Assembly: GCA_019058315.1 (NCBI GenBank)
Contig: JAHPZH010000004.1
Coordinates: 540,682 to 604,681, forward strand
Length of the DNA stretch: 64,000 nucleotides
Origin: Candidatus Helarchaeota archaeon
GTDB lineage: Archaea; Asgardarchaeota; Lokiarchaeia; Helarchaeales; RDOG01
Direction: 5' to 3'
The notes below the pieces were generated by a model that saw nothing but the letters and a program-made list of their open reading frames with translations, was not told where the DNA came from and did not search any database. Within the stretch, counting starts at the first letter, position 1. Each line of letters begins with the position of its first letter. Shown here in pieces: positions 29,254-38,246 of this stretch. The position numbers were made by a program, and so were the translations under genes.

Positions 29254-30516
29254 ATGATGAAAAAAAAGGTATTCTTTTTACTATTAGTAACTTCATTGAT
29301 TCTATTTGGTTCTCTTTCTGCATCGATAGGGTTACAATCTAATAATGGAATAATAATCAATGCCATTTCAAAGGATATCCTTACAACTTCAGCAACTCCC
29401 AAACATTTGTGGACTTATGATTGCGGTGGAAGTACAATCGATAATGTGGACATTTCTGCAGATGGAATGTACATTGTTTCTGGAGGTAGTCAAAATGTTA
29501 CTTTGTTTAACAGAACAAAGGGTTATATGTGGCATGAATTTAGAGGAACTACAGTTTACGGGACGAAAATTTCTGCTAATGGTCAATACATTGTATCCGG
29601 AGATTATAGTAATGGCTTTTCTTTATATAATAGATCTGGAATTTTAGGAAATTATACTACTACAGATAGTGCTGGACATGTTGCAATATCAGAAGACGGA
29701 AGCTATTTCGTTGGTGGAGATAATGCTGACAATGTCACCTTGTTTAATAGTTCAAATGATCAGATAAATTATATGTGGAATTATACTACGGGAGATAATG
29801 TGTGGTCGGTTGCTATTTCTGGAGACGGTAATTATATTGTGGCTAGCGGTGGAGATAATAATGTTACTTTCTTTGATAGGTCAGGTTATTTATGGCATAA
29901 TGATACAGCGGGTGCTGGTATGAATTCATTGGCGATCTCGCAAGATGGGCAGTATTTTGTTGGTGGAGATGGTGGTGGTATGATTTATTATTATGACATG
30001 GCGGATGGTGGAAACTGGGATTGGAATTATAGTGTCGATATTATAGTCCAAAGTATGGACATCTCGGCAGATGGACAATATTTAGTAGCTGGAACTAATG
30101 ATGCATGTAATGTAACATTATTAGATGGGACTGGGTCTTATATTTGGGACATTGATACGGATGCTGTATACGAGGTAGCAATTTCTGCAGATGGACGATA
30201 TATCGTTGCTGCATATAGTCAAACTTTCCTTTTATGTAATAGGAATGGATTGCTGTGGAACTACACAGGAAGTAATACAATACGATCAGTAGCAATATCA
30301 GCAAATGGAGAGTATATGGTTTTCGGGGATCAAAATGGACAGATTCACTTATATCAATATAAAGTTCAAAAAGCAGATATGTTAGAATCATTGCTTTTGA
30401 TTTTTAGTTCAACAGGAGCAGGAGCTGGAGATCTAATACTTCCTCTTATACTTATATTGATCGGTATTGGAGCAGCAGCAGTCTTAATCTTCTTTTATCT
30501 AAAAAATAGAGAGTAA
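29254..30516 (+). CDS. Membrane-anchored WD40/PQQ-like beta-propeller surface protein (paralog of 23965..25224)
   Basis: Signal peptide, ISADGxYIV repeats, sequons, C-terminal TM + LKNRE. Confidence 0.88.
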   Translation: MMKKKVFFLLLVTSLILFGSLSASIGLQSNNGIIINAISKDILTTSATPKHLWTYDCGGSTIDNVDISADGMYIVSGGSQNVTLFNRTKGYMWHEFRGTTVYGTKISANGQYIVSGDYSNGFSLYNRSGILGNYTTTDSAGHVAISEDGSYFVGGDNADNVTLFNSSNDQINYMWNYTTGDNVWSVAISGDGNYIVASGGDNNVTFFDRSGYLWHNDTAGAGMNSLAISQDGQYFVGGDGGGMIYYYDMADGGNWDWNYSVDIIVQSMDISADGQYLVAGTNDACNVTLLDGTGSYIWDIDTDAVYEVAISADGRYIVAAYSQTFLLCNRNGLLWNYTGSNTIRSVAISANGEYMVFGDQNGQIHLYQYKVQKADMLESLLLIFSSTGAGAGDLILPLILILIGIGAAAVLIFFYLKNRE

Positions 30517-30603
30517 ATTCAAAATCTTATATATTTTTCTTTTTTATTTTAATTCATTAATTTTTTAAAAATTGGACATAATTTTTTTCTTATCTTTTAT
30601 TTG

Positions 30604-30619
30604 AAAATCTAGGTTGATT
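30604..30619. repeat. 16-bp direct repeat copy 2
   Basis: Exact match to 28954..28969. Confidence 0.7.
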
Positions 30620-30711
30620 TTAGTATGAAATATAAAAATAGGATGAATCTTTAGAGAAATAGATTATAAAATTATTAATTCATTATATATATTTAAAAAA
30701 TAGAGGAGATA

Positions 30712-30906
30712 TTAGCTTTCTTTCGACTTTATTCTTTTTATGATCTTAAGAAGTTCTTCCCTACTATACCCATCACATAATGCACATCTAGAATTTATCA
30801 TGTGATCTAGATATACTGTTTTACCATGGATCGGACATTCTTGGATTGATAGGTCATTCCCCGAATTCGTTTTTGGTGAAAAGATTTTTCTAATTCTGCT
30901 TAGCAT
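30712..30906 (-). CDS. Small putative zinc-binding protein
   Basis: CPIHG...CALC (C-x2-H...C-x2-C). Confidence 0.6.
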   Translation of the reverse strand: MLSRIRKIFSPKTNSGNDLSIQECPIHGKTVYLDHMINSRCALCDGYSREELLKIIKRIKSKES

Positions 30907-31347
30907 TCTTAATTCACAAGAATATATACAAAAAGAGAAGATTTAAACCTTATCTTGGCGGAATTGGCGATTTTAGGTGTTTAACTAAATATGTCAAATT
31001 ACAGTGATATATCGATTTTAAATAAACAATTTTAATTAAAAATTTATTGATGTTAATTTTAATGATTTCGAATTTTATAAAATAAAAAATTTTTAACATA
31101 GAAATGTGTATTTTGAAAAAATTGAATTTGTTCATATTTTTTTAAATAATCGATTGAATTAACAAACAAATGTATTAATTTATTGAAATTAACCTATTTT
31201 TGTCGATTTAATTGTTATATCATTAATTATACATATTATTTCGACATTTACGACTAAAAATGATAAAATATTTTTGAATTATAAAATAGGAATTTTCAAG
31301 AATTAGACATGAAAATGTAAAAAAGCTATTAAAGTTGATTTTTTAAA

Positions 31348-32340
31348 TCATCTCACTTTCATATAAAAGTAAACACGGATCTTATTAATTAAATCTTTAA
31401 TTCTTTCTAATTCGGGGTTTGTGAAATTAAAATAAAACACAAAATCATCTAAACCTTTTAATTCATTATTTATTTCATTTTTAAGGCTTTTATTTAAATC
31501 CAAAACGGGAGTGTATTTGACTATGGATTTAATCTTATTAATATTTTCCAAATATTTTTCATCAACTTTTCTTTCTTTAGCCCAAATTAAAATATCCCCA
31601 ATCATCTTGATTAATTCAGTCTTCTCCTTCTTTTTCTTATTAAAATTTGCTTTTAAATAAGTGTCCAATGGTTCTGTCCGTAATTTTTGAAAAAGTGTTT
31701 TTAACTCCTGTTTGTCAAATTGTTGCAGAATTGTTTGGAAATGCGATCCAGAAATAAATCCTACCAAAAATTCTTGATCATCCAAAATAAAATTATTAAA
31801 AGACTTTTTATCTTTAATATCTTTACTGGGGACAGGTAGAAATTTTAATAAATAGGGAGGAAAGATCTTTTTTCGTTTTTCCAACTTTCTTTTAACTTTC
31901 TTATATATGGATTTACTTTCGTAATCATCTTGTCTTTTGATCCTACCAATTCCCTTATACAATTTCAGATAACGTTTCTCAATTAAAGGAACATCATTTT
32001 CGAAATCCAAATATAAATCAGCAAAGGGCAGCATTTTTCCTGAAGTTATTAATAAAAATCTCTTTCTTTTATATTCCTTGAATCTTGATTTTATAGATTT
32101 AACAGCAGTAGCATATTTTAGAACTTGACTAGCTTCAATTTCAGCACATACCACATTTTTCAAATATGATTTTAGTTCAATTATTAGAAGACAATCTTCG
32201 TTTTCAAATATTAGGTCAGGATCGTATGCATACAATTTAAAATTCAACAACGATTCCCATTCTATCTTTTTATAGTTAAGTTCTTGAAATAATTTTGTTA
32301 CTATATCCATTAATATTGTTTCTCGTTTTGTTCGAGCCAA
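31348..32340 (-). CDS. PD-(D/E)XK nuclease-like protein
   Basis: DPDLIFENEDCLLIIELKS...QVLKY motif; frame stays open about 25 codons upstream of the called start. Confidence 0.65.
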   Translation of the reverse strand: MARTKRETILMDIVTKLFQELNYKKIEWESLLNFKLYAYDPDLIFENEDCLLIIELKSYLKNVVCAEIEASQVLKYATAVKSIKSRFKEYKRKRFLLITSGKMLPFADLYLDFENDVPLIEKRYLKLYKGIGRIKRQDDYESKSIYKKVKRKLEKRKKIFPPYLLKFLPVPSKDIKDKKSFNNFILDDQEFLVGFISGSHFQTILQQFDKQELKTLFQKLRTEPLDTYLKANFNKKKKEKTELIKMIGDILIWAKERKVDEKYLENINKIKSIVKYTPVLDLNKSLKNEINNELKGLDDFVFYFNFTNPELERIKDLINKIRVYFYMKVR

Positions 32341-32470
32341 TCTTAATAAATGACCTTCAGCTACGATTCTTCGAAGTCTATCTTGAGGTATTTTTAACGG
32401 CCTTCTGTGTATTTTTAATCATTAAAAAAGAACTTTTAAGACAATAAAGAAATAAATATTATTAAATTTT

Positions 32471-33103
32471 TCAATCAATTACATGATATAACTTAATTGC
32501 TAATACAAAAATCCAAGTTAAGTATGTATAATATAGAATTCTCTGAATTAAACCAACCAATAGATGCTTAATAAAGGAAATCATAAAGAAACCAACTAAA
32601 AATACTAATAAAATTCCTATAATTAGAGAAAATCTCTCGTAACCAGCCCATTTTTCATCGTTCTTTAAAGTTTTCCAAATAAAGAAAGGGGCAAGAGTTA
32701 AACAAACCAATCCTACAAGACTAACAACATAATGCATCATCCCCGAAAATGTTTGTCCTGCACAATCAACATCACAAGGAAAAAGCCCTGAACCTATAAA
32801 ATCGAAGCCACCTTCCATAGCTAGCAAAAATGGTCCAATCCACGAACCCTTTGACTCACTTATTCCTTCATTCAGCCCTAAGGAAAATAGAATGATTATA
32901 ATGCCACTTATTATAAAATAAATAGACGTTAATAATGCATATTGTGCACCAGTCTCGCCTAATTCACTGATAGTTTTTGTTAAGGGGTTGTATCCTGGCG
33001 TCAGTGCACCCAAAATATAAAAAATCACAATATCAAGTGGTAGGATAATTATTCCACATATTGAAAATATCTTTAAACTGGTTTTTGATTCAATTAACTT
33101 CAT
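32471..33103 (-). CDS. DUF998 family membrane protein
   Basis: PGYNPLTKTISELG, GLFPCD, MH, GLIQR. Confidence 0.88.
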   Translation of the reverse strand: MKLIESKTSLKIFSICGIIILPLDIVIFYILGALTPGYNPLTKTISELGETGAQYALLTSIYFIISGIIIILFSLGLNEGISESKGSWIGPFLLAMEGGFDFIGSGLFPCDVDCAGQTFSGMMHYVVSLVGLVCLTLAPFFIWKTLKNDEKWAGYERFSLIIGILLVFLVGFFMISFIKHLLVGLIQRILYYTYLTWIFVLAIKLYHVID

Positions 33104-33244
33104 GATAATCTGCTAGGTTTACTGGGTATATAAATTTTCATAATATGCTATGCTAAGATTATTGAATAATTACGCCTAAATGGGCAGATTTTAAAGGAAA
33201 AAAGAAGGAAAACTCAAAAAAATAAAAAATTTAAATGATTAATT

Positions 33245-33544
33245 TTATTTTCCAACTAATTCTTCTACTTCTTTTTTACCTTTTTCTAATTCCTTGACTT
33301 GTTCTTTATCTAGTTTTAATAGTAGAGTCTGAAATTCTCCCATATGTGTTTTTTCTTCTCCTGCGATATCCAAAATGACTTTTTTAAGGTCATTATTATT
33401 GGTCATTGCGGCGAGTTGTTCATAAAGATTTACAGCATCTAATTCAGCTATCATACCGATCCTTAGAATTTCTTTATCTAATGAATCTTTATCTAATTTA
33501 GCTAGATCAGTCGGGATTTTTGCTAACATAGTCTCTACCTCCAA
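33245..33544 (-). CDS. Short ferritin-like/rubrerythrin-family protein (EncFtn-like)
   Basis: AELDAVNLYEQ...EEKTHMGEF. Confidence 0.85.
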   Translation of the reverse strand: MEVETMLAKIPTDLAKLDKDSLDKEILRIGMIAELDAVNLYEQLAAMTNNNDLKKVILDIAGEEKTHMGEFQTLLLKLDKEQVKELEKGKKEVEELVGK

Positions 33545-33675
33545 ATTTTTAGATTTATAATGATAAGCTATCTAATAATAATAGTTGAATAAAATCCTAT
33601 AAAAAACATCAAGGAAAGGATTAAATAAAAAAATTCTCTAAGAGCTTGAATTAATACTAAAAAGGGTGATAAACA

Positions 33676-34065
33676 ATGGTTGATTTAAATACTCTAGCTC
33701 AAACTGCAGATTGGAAAACTGAAAAACATGCTCCAGCAATTGAAATTGTAGGACCAGTCAAAAAAGAAGGGACAATTATAAAAATAAGCGTAGGAAAAGA
33801 AATTGCTCATCCTAATACTACGGAGCACTTTATCTCTTGGATTAACGTGTATTTTCTACCTGAAGGGGAAAAATTTCCAATTCACGTGGGAAAAACCACA
33901 TTTGACGCACATGGTGCTTCAACGAAAGGCGCAAACACAAGTACAGTTTGTACCGCTCCTGAAACAACCGTAAACCTTAAAACGGAAAAATCTGGAACAA
34001 TTTTGGCTTTTTCATTCTGTAATATCCATGGTCTATGGAGAAATGAGTTAGCTCTAAAAATATAA
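33676..34065 (+). CDS. Superoxide reductase (class II SORL/neelaredoxin)
   Basis: EKHAP, HPNTTEHFI, CNIHGLW. Confidence 0.95.
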   Translation: MVDLNTLAQTADWKTEKHAPAIEIVGPVKKEGTIIKISVGKEIAHPNTTEHFISWINVYFLPEGEKFPIHVGKTTFDAHGASTKGANTSTVCTAPETTVNLKTEKSGTILAFSFCNIHGLWRNELALKI

Positions 34066-34131
34066 CACAAAAAAATCTTAATTTTTTATTTTTTAAAATT
34101 AAGTTAGAAAAATAGTGAAATGTGAGAAAAA

Positions 34132-34293
34132 ATGGATAAATATGAATGCTTAGAATGTAGTTATATCTATGACCCTGAAGTAGGGGACGATACAGCGGGT
34201 ATTGAACCCGGAACTCCGTTTGAGGATCTTCCCGACGATTGGGTTTGTCCTTTGTGCGGCGTTGGAAAAGATCGATTTGCTAAAATTGAATAA
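34132..34293 (+). CDS. Rubredoxin (not in ORF track, 53 aa)
   Basis: Hand translation [19 protein letters not shown]...[28 protein letters not shown]. Confidence 0.97.
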   Translation: MDKYECLECSYIYDPEVGDDTAGIEPGTPFEDLPDDWVCPLCGVGKDRFAKIE

Positions 34294-34315
34294 AAATCTA
34301 AAAAATAAAAAGGGA

Positions 34316-35095
34316 TTAAAGTAATTGCATGCAAGAATCAACAGCCATTTTTATTTTATCAATATAACCTTTCAAAGCCTCTAACTTTTTATTTAAATTT
34401 GCAAGTTCTGCTTTTGTATTTGATAATGCCTCCGTATTTGATTCCATTTCGCTTTGTAATTGACCAATTTTTGCTTTAAGATCGTTGATTTCCTCTTCTT
34501 TTCGAGGAACATCTAATTTAAATTTAGCAATTTCTCTTTCCAGGTTTTGAGTGGTAGCATTCAAATCATTTCTAACTTTATCTGCTTGAATTAAAATTTG
34601 TTCTTTCTCATTTAAATCTTTACTTAATTGTTGATTTTTTCCTTCTAACTTTAAGATTTTATTATCTTTCTCGTTGGATGCTCGTCGTAGATTTTCAAGC
34701 TCAACAGTTAAATTAGATATTTGTGTTTCTGCTTCTTTTTTTTCTGCGGTTAATTTTTCATTTAGTTTAGATAAATCTTGAACTTTAGAATTTGTTTTTT
34801 CAAGTTCGATAACATTTACTTTTAAATCTTCTTTAGCAGATGCTAGATCTGCCATCATATCTCTAATTTTATTCTCATATTCAGAATTTTTTTCTTGTAA
34901 TTTAGTAATCTCAGATTCTTCAGATACTGATTTTCTCTGATGTTGTTGTATTTCAACTTCAAGATCCCTAATTTTTACGTTTTTATCTTCCAGTAATGAA
35001 TTCACCTGTTTAACATTTAATTCTGCTCTTTCAAGTTGTTCTTTTACTCTTTTAATTTCATTCTTTAATTCAGTTATTTCGCTCATTTTTATCAC
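34316..35095 (-). CDS. All coiled-coil protein
   Basis: Continuous heptad pattern over about 250 aa; start overlaps the upstream stop (GTGA). Confidence 0.85.
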   Translation of the reverse strand: MIKMSEITELKNEIKRVKEQLERAELNVKQVNSLLEDKNVKIRDLEVEIQQHQRKSVSEESEITKLQEKNSEYENKIRDMMADLASAKEDLKVNVIELEKTNSKVQDLSKLNEKLTAEKKEAETQISNLTVELENLRRASNEKDNKILKLEGKNQQLSKDLNEKEQILIQADKVRNDLNATTQNLEREIAKFKLDVPRKEEEINDLKAKIGQLQSEMESNTEALSNTKAELANLNKKLEALKGYIDKIKMAVDSCMQLL

Positions 35096-37803
35096 GTTAT
35101 CTCTCTAACTTTTCTAGCTTTACCACGCCAATAATCCCCCAAAATCTCCCCTAATGTATCAATAATACCTTCAACCTCGGAAATTAGGGCAACTTGTTCG
35201 GTGTCCTTTTCTGATACTGGAGCAAGTAAAACTTCCTCCCTATCGCGACTTGCAGCGTAAAAATCGACCCCTGACAAGTGTCTCAAATCAACTCCGAGAT
35301 CAATTAATTTTGAAATAGATTCTTTTTCTGGTGAGTCGTATACATCTGTAACTATCATTAGAGCTTTACGTTGAAGTTCACTAATTATAATTTGTATAGG
35401 TAGGTCAGTAAATTTCGGGACTGCGATAAGACAACTCCGTTTTGTGCGTTTAAACATATCAATGATAAAATTTGATATAGAAGTCCTTCCAACCAAATGC
35501 CATGTCTTTTCAGCTTCATTTAATTCCATACTTAGAATATCATTCCAAGCTTTCTCCAGTATTTCTTTAGGTTCGTTTGCGGATTGAATGACGTTCTCAA
35601 AAAGATCTTTAATTGCATTTGCACTTCCTCCAATCTTTTCTTGAAGAGCACGGTTAATACTTTCCAATTGTGTTGAAGTTTTTGTCTTTAATTCATTAGC
35701 ATTATCACTAAACGTTGTATCAGCTTCGGTTACTGCTTTAAGTCCTGTTTCATTCATTGTTTTTGAGCTAGATTCAGTGAGATTTAAATTTTCATTTAAT
35801 AAATTTGTTGATGTCTCCTTAACACTACTTATGAATTGGGAAATTTTTTCAGTTTCTGTTGTAGCAATAGTTTCAATTCCTGATTTTTGTGATTCAATAG
35901 CCGATTTTAACGAATTCTGATGTGCAGTTAATAATTCATCTGCAGCATTATAAGCTTTGTCTTTAAATCCTGCAAGATCTTCTACATGTTTATTGATAGT
36001 ATCAGAAATTGAGGTTTTAGTTACATCAAAAATTTCTTTCAGTTTAGTTGCTTGATATCCAAAAATTTCTTCAATTTTTGCTATTTGATTTTCGATAGAT
36101 TGACTAGAATCTGCTTTGAATTGGCTTATAGTAGAAGAAATTTCAGTAGATGATTCTCCAACCATACTTGCTAATGATTCTTGAACTTGATTAATTGACG
36201 AATTTATATCTTCCAAGCTTTTTTTTGCTCTATTTGAAATAATTCCTCTAATATCTGATATAATTTTTGATAATTCTTCGGACTTACTTTGATTTAATCC
36301 TTGGACTTTTATTTTTTGCTCATCAGATATGGTCTTTGCTCCTGAAGTTAGATTCTGCTTGATGTTTTCTATCATCGAATTCAAAGCTTCCTTTTGTTCA
36401 ACTAACTTAGATAATGTAGTTGATTCAGTGGATTCCATACTAGTTTTAAAAGAATCGAGAGATTGAGTCATTTTATCAGAGAAATCTGTCTGAAATTCAT
36501 TAATTTTGGAACTTATATTAGATGTCTGCTGGTCTAAATCACCTTGGGTTTTTTGAAGGGAATTTATAGTGGAAATTATCATCTCATTTAAGGAATTTAT
36601 ACTATTTGTAAGATCAGTTTTATATTCGTCTAATGAAGTTTTAATATTTTCGGTTATCTGAGTTCCTGCTTGATTGGATTTACCTATTCCTTCTTTAATT
36701 GTAGTAGAAATAGATTCTTTTAGTGGATTTATTGCATTATCTACTTGTTCTTTGACTTTACTTTCTATTTCGCCTATCTGCAATTCAGTTTTTTCTACCA
36801 AATTTTGAAGTGCCTTTACTTGCTCACTTTCAAAATTACTAATTGATGTTTTTACAGATGTTCCAAAAGTCGAAATAACTTCAGATGATCCTGTTTCATA
36901 TTTTTGAATCGACCCAGAAAGCTGATCTTTAGTTTCATCTAAATTATTTTTACCTAAATTTCCAAATTGGGTTATTTTTGAGCTAATAGAGCTTTGCATT
37001 TCATCGCTTTTTGTCGATAAAAGTTCCTTAGATGTGTTTAATATGTCTGAACTTTCATCTTTTACAGTTGTTATTTTTTCCGAGATTGTCGAGTTTTCTT
37101 TATCTAATAATGAATCAAAGGATGTAATGAATTCTTGATTCTTAGTTTTTAAATTAGTTAACACATTTTCAAATGCATTATCTATCTTAGGCTTTAATTC
37201 ACTTATGAAACCCTCTAGTTTTGTTATTTCTTCATCTAAAGATTTAGCAAAGTTATTCTTGAAATCATTAATTTTCGAGTTAAGTTCCTCAATTTGGGTA
37301 TTTGATGAATCTGAAACTTTGATTTTAGCTGAGTCCGTATTTGACTCCAAATTTTCCGTTAGAGAAGAAAAATCTGTATTAATTTTTTCTTTAATTTGCG
37401 TAGTCTTTGTGAAAAATTGTGAAATTAATTGAGTAGTGGTGTCTTCTAAATCCTTTTTACCTTTAGAAAATTCATTAGCCGCATTCTGTAAAGCCTCATC
37501 AAAAGTCTTTTTTATTGATTCTGTAACTGTACGGGTTTCTGAAATAAAATCTTCTAGATATTTTATAAATCCTGGATAAGGTGGTAATGGTAAATATCGA
37601 TCTACAATACCTGGAGCTTGTTTTATCAATTTTCTCGACTCCAAAGAACTAAGTGTGGATTTAACTGATTCCAACCCCTTTCCAACATACTGAGCGATGC
37701 TACCAGCAGTTCCATAACCTTTTAATAACGCAACAATATAAACACTTATTTCATCATCAGTTAATTCAATTTTATCTTTAGCCAACTTCTTTAATGTGTC
37801 CAT
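35092..37803 (-). CDS. TrmB-like protein with very long helical/coiled-coil insertion
   Basis: N-terminal TrmB wHTH (LTDDEISVY..L...TAGSIA...LSSLESRKLI...RYLPLPP), about 680 aa helical region, C-terminal TrmB/PLD-like domain (WHLVGR...RDREEVLLAP). Confidence 0.8.
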   Translation of the reverse strand: MDTLKKLAKDKIELTDDEISVYIVALLKGYGTAGSIAQYVGKGLESVKSTLSSLESRKLIKQAPGIVDRYLPLPPYPGFIKYLEDFISETRTVTESIKKTFDEALQNAANEFSKGKKDLEDTTTQLISQFFTKTTQIKEKINTDFSSLTENLESNTDSAKIKVSDSSNTQIEELNSKINDFKNNFAKSLDEEITKLEGFISELKPKIDNAFENVLTNLKTKNQEFITSFDSLLDKENSTISEKITTVKDESSDILNTSKELLSTKSDEMQSSISSKITQFGNLGKNNLDETKDQLSGSIQKYETGSSEVISTFGTSVKTSISNFESEQVKALQNLVEKTELQIGEIESKVKEQVDNAINPLKESISTTIKEGIGKSNQAGTQITENIKTSLDEYKTDLTNSINSLNEMIISTINSLQKTQGDLDQQTSNISSKINEFQTDFSDKMTQSLDSFKTSMESTESTTLSKLVEQKEALNSMIENIKQNLTSGAKTISDEQKIKVQGLNQSKSEELSKIISDIRGIISNRAKKSLEDINSSINQVQESLASMVGESSTEISSTISQFKADSSQSIENQIAKIEEIFGYQATKLKEIFDVTKTSISDTINKHVEDLAGFKDKAYNAADELLTAHQNSLKSAIESQKSGIETIATTETEKISQFISSVKETSTNLLNENLNLTESSSKTMNETGLKAVTEADTTFSDNANELKTKTSTQLESINRALQEKIGGSANAIKDLFENVIQSANEPKEILEKAWNDILSMELNEAEKTWHLVGRTSISNFIIDMFKRTKRSCLIAVPKFTDLPIQIIISELQRKALMIVTDVYDSPEKESISKLIDLGVDLRHLSGVDFYAASRDREEVLLAPVSEKDTEQVALISEVEGIIDTLGEILGDYWRGKARKVREIT

Positions 37804-38246
37804 TTTTGAATGTCTCCCATTTAAATTTTTACAAAAATTATATGATTTTCTTTATATTTAAAATTGAATAGATAAAATGAATTCAGAATTTTAAAGAAAA
37901 AAAATAAGTAAATTTTCTATTTAAGTAGAAATTAAGAAGAACTGGAATTAAAAAAATAATATATTAAATAATTTACATTTGACAAATTCTTCTACTCTTC
38001 AAATCATCTTTAAACTTCATCATATCATTTATTAAATGTATTTTGGCTTATATTCATAAAGAATTTTATTTAATATTATCACAGATTAAAAATTGAAGAT
38101 TAAAATTATCATTTTTAAACTGATTTGCACTAATCGAAATATTTATTAAATATTTGAATATAAGGAAATTACTCTACGACTTGGGAACATAGATTAATAC
38201 CAAAATTAAGAGTTATTATAATTTCAATTACTTAATGTGATGATTT

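Noticed and set aside
30950-31135. 61-aa ORF in AT-rich spacer
   Set aside because: I/K/F/N-rich composition expected from random AT-rich DNA; no SD or motif
34150-34341. 63-aa minus-strand ORF
   Set aside because: Antisense shadow of the rubredoxin
34316-37803. SMC/Rad50 or ESCRT-III/CdvB assignment for the coiled-coil genes
   Set aside because: No Walker motifs, hinge or zinc hook; no recognisable Snf7 core
37804-38246. 440-bp intergenic region as ncRNA or replication origin
   Set aside because: Ordinary AT-rich divergent promoter region; no ORB-like G-string repeats or cdc6 gene, and no GC-rich structured segment
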